Source of the DNA: Polyangiaceae bacterium
Lineage (GTDB): Bacteria > Myxococcota_A > Polyangia > Polyangiales > Polyangiaceae
Reading direction: 5' to 3'
Length of the DNA: 64,000 nt
NCBI GenBank assembly: GCA_050287085.1
Contig: JBNKBE010000001.1
Span: 160,001-224,000, forward strand
The notes under the pieces are model-generated. The model saw only the letters and a list, made by a program, of their open reading frames with translations, made no database searches and was not told the DNA's origin. Positions 63,115 through 64,000 of the stretch are shown here, piece by piece; within the stretch, counting starts at the first letter, position 1, and each line of letters opens with the position of its first letter. Made by a program: the position numbers and the translations under genes.

Positions 63115-64000
63115 GTGCTTGGACGTTCGAGAACGCGAAAGACGGAGCTTCTGGTTCGGGCTGAACCTAAGCCTCTTCGCCTGCTCAAGAAGGCAGAGCG
63201 AAAGCGTCGTTTGGTGATGATCGGAAACGGCATGGTGGGTCAGCACTTCTGCCGGCGCGCAGTCGAACGCGGCATGACCGACGCCTTCGAGTTCACGGTT
63301 CTTGGTGAGGAAAGCCGCTCGGCATACGACCGCGTGCACCTCACAGAGCTATTGCTTGAGAAGCAAACGACCGCCGGTCTCACGTTGGCGCCGCGCGAGT
63401 GGTACGAGGAACAGCGCGTTCTGCTGAAGACCGGAGACCCTGCCGTAGCGATCGACCGTGAAGCTAGAACCGTGCTCACTCGAAGTGGAGCACGTTATCC
63501 GTACGACTGTCTAGTCTTCGCGACAGGGTCGCGAGCAAATCGCCCACGCTTTGAGGGCTCCGACTTGGAGTCTGTCGTCACGTATCGCGACGTCGACAAC
63601 GCACTGCGCATACGCGCGCTCGCTCTGGACGCCATCTCGTCGGGACGGCCCATTGCGGTCCTGGGCGGAGGACTCCTGGGAGTCGAGATCGCGGAAGCAC
63701 TTCAAACGCTCGGCGTCGAATGCGTCGTGGTCGAAAGCTCATCGTATCTGCTTCCGAGGCAACTCACGCGAGCGGCCTCGCGCAGGGTGGCAGCCAAGTT
63801 GCGCGAGGCCGGACTCCGCCTTGAGCTCAATGCCCGAGTCAAGGCAGCTCGTCCGCTGGTGGCCGACGGCCATGAACTGCTTCGCTTGCATCTCGACAAC
63901 GACAAGGAGTTTCTCGTACGCGGCGTGGTAGTTGCAGCTGGTGTTAGGCCGCGAGACGAGCTCGCAAGGCAGAGCGAGCTTCGCTGCGACGACTACGGAG
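63115..64000 (+). CDS. nirB: NAD(P)H-dependent nitrite reductase large subunit-like FAD oxidoreductase, N-terminal part; runs off the window
   Basis: Not in the ORF track. Manual translation gives RRLVMIGNGMVG, AYDRVHL, YDCLVFATGS, VLGGGLLGVE, LLPRQL, AAGVRPRDELA. GTG at 63115 is the first start after the in-frame stop at 63103. Confidence 0.8.
   Translation, partial: MLGRSRTRKTELLVRAEPKPLRLLKKAERKRRLVMIGNGMVGQHFCRRAVERGMTDAFEFTVLGEESRSAYDRVHLTELLLEKQTTAGLTLAPREWYEEQRVLLKTGDPAVAIDREARTVLTRSGARYPYDCLVFATGSRANRPRFEGSDLESVVTYRDVDNALRIRALALDAISSGRPIAVLGGGLLGVEIAEALQTLGVECVVVESSSYLLPRQLTRAASRRVAAKLREAGLRLELNARVKAARPLVADGHELLRLHLDNDKEFLVRGVVVAAGVRPRDELARQSELRCDDYG

Overview
GC-rich bacterial window whose gene content points to a myxobacterium, probably Polyangia-like (inferred from the eukaryote-like Ser/Thr kinases, TPR-PEGA protein, Cys-rich lipoproteins, FHA-sigma54 activator and ECF-FecR module). 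The first ~24 kb is an accessory cell-surface and signalling region. It holds two membrane kinases sharing a C-terminal domain, a ~1,325 aa Cys-rich repeat protein, an ECF sigma/FecR/RCC1 cassette, a lipoprotein built almost wholly of ~12 LDL-receptor class A modules, and two single-heme-motif lipoproteins. The rest is largely housekeeping and metabolism: a GH94 phosphorylase, an isolated gcvPB, ccsA-hemA-hemC, pssA, a RegB/RegA pair, hemL, an M17 peptidase, yacG, hslO, thiC, lgt and gpmI. It ends in a nitrate ABC transporter and a truncated nirB-like gene behind a visible NtrC-box/sigma54 promoter. I saw no rRNA, tRNA, CRISPR array, transposase or integrase. The best leads are the LDLa-repeat lipoprotein, the kinase/PEGA/Cys-rich cluster with an in-frame amber stop interrupting a repeat, a degenerate sigma54 activator, and an ANTAR-like hairpin in the nitrate leader. 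All calls rest on motif recognition by eye; no searches were run.
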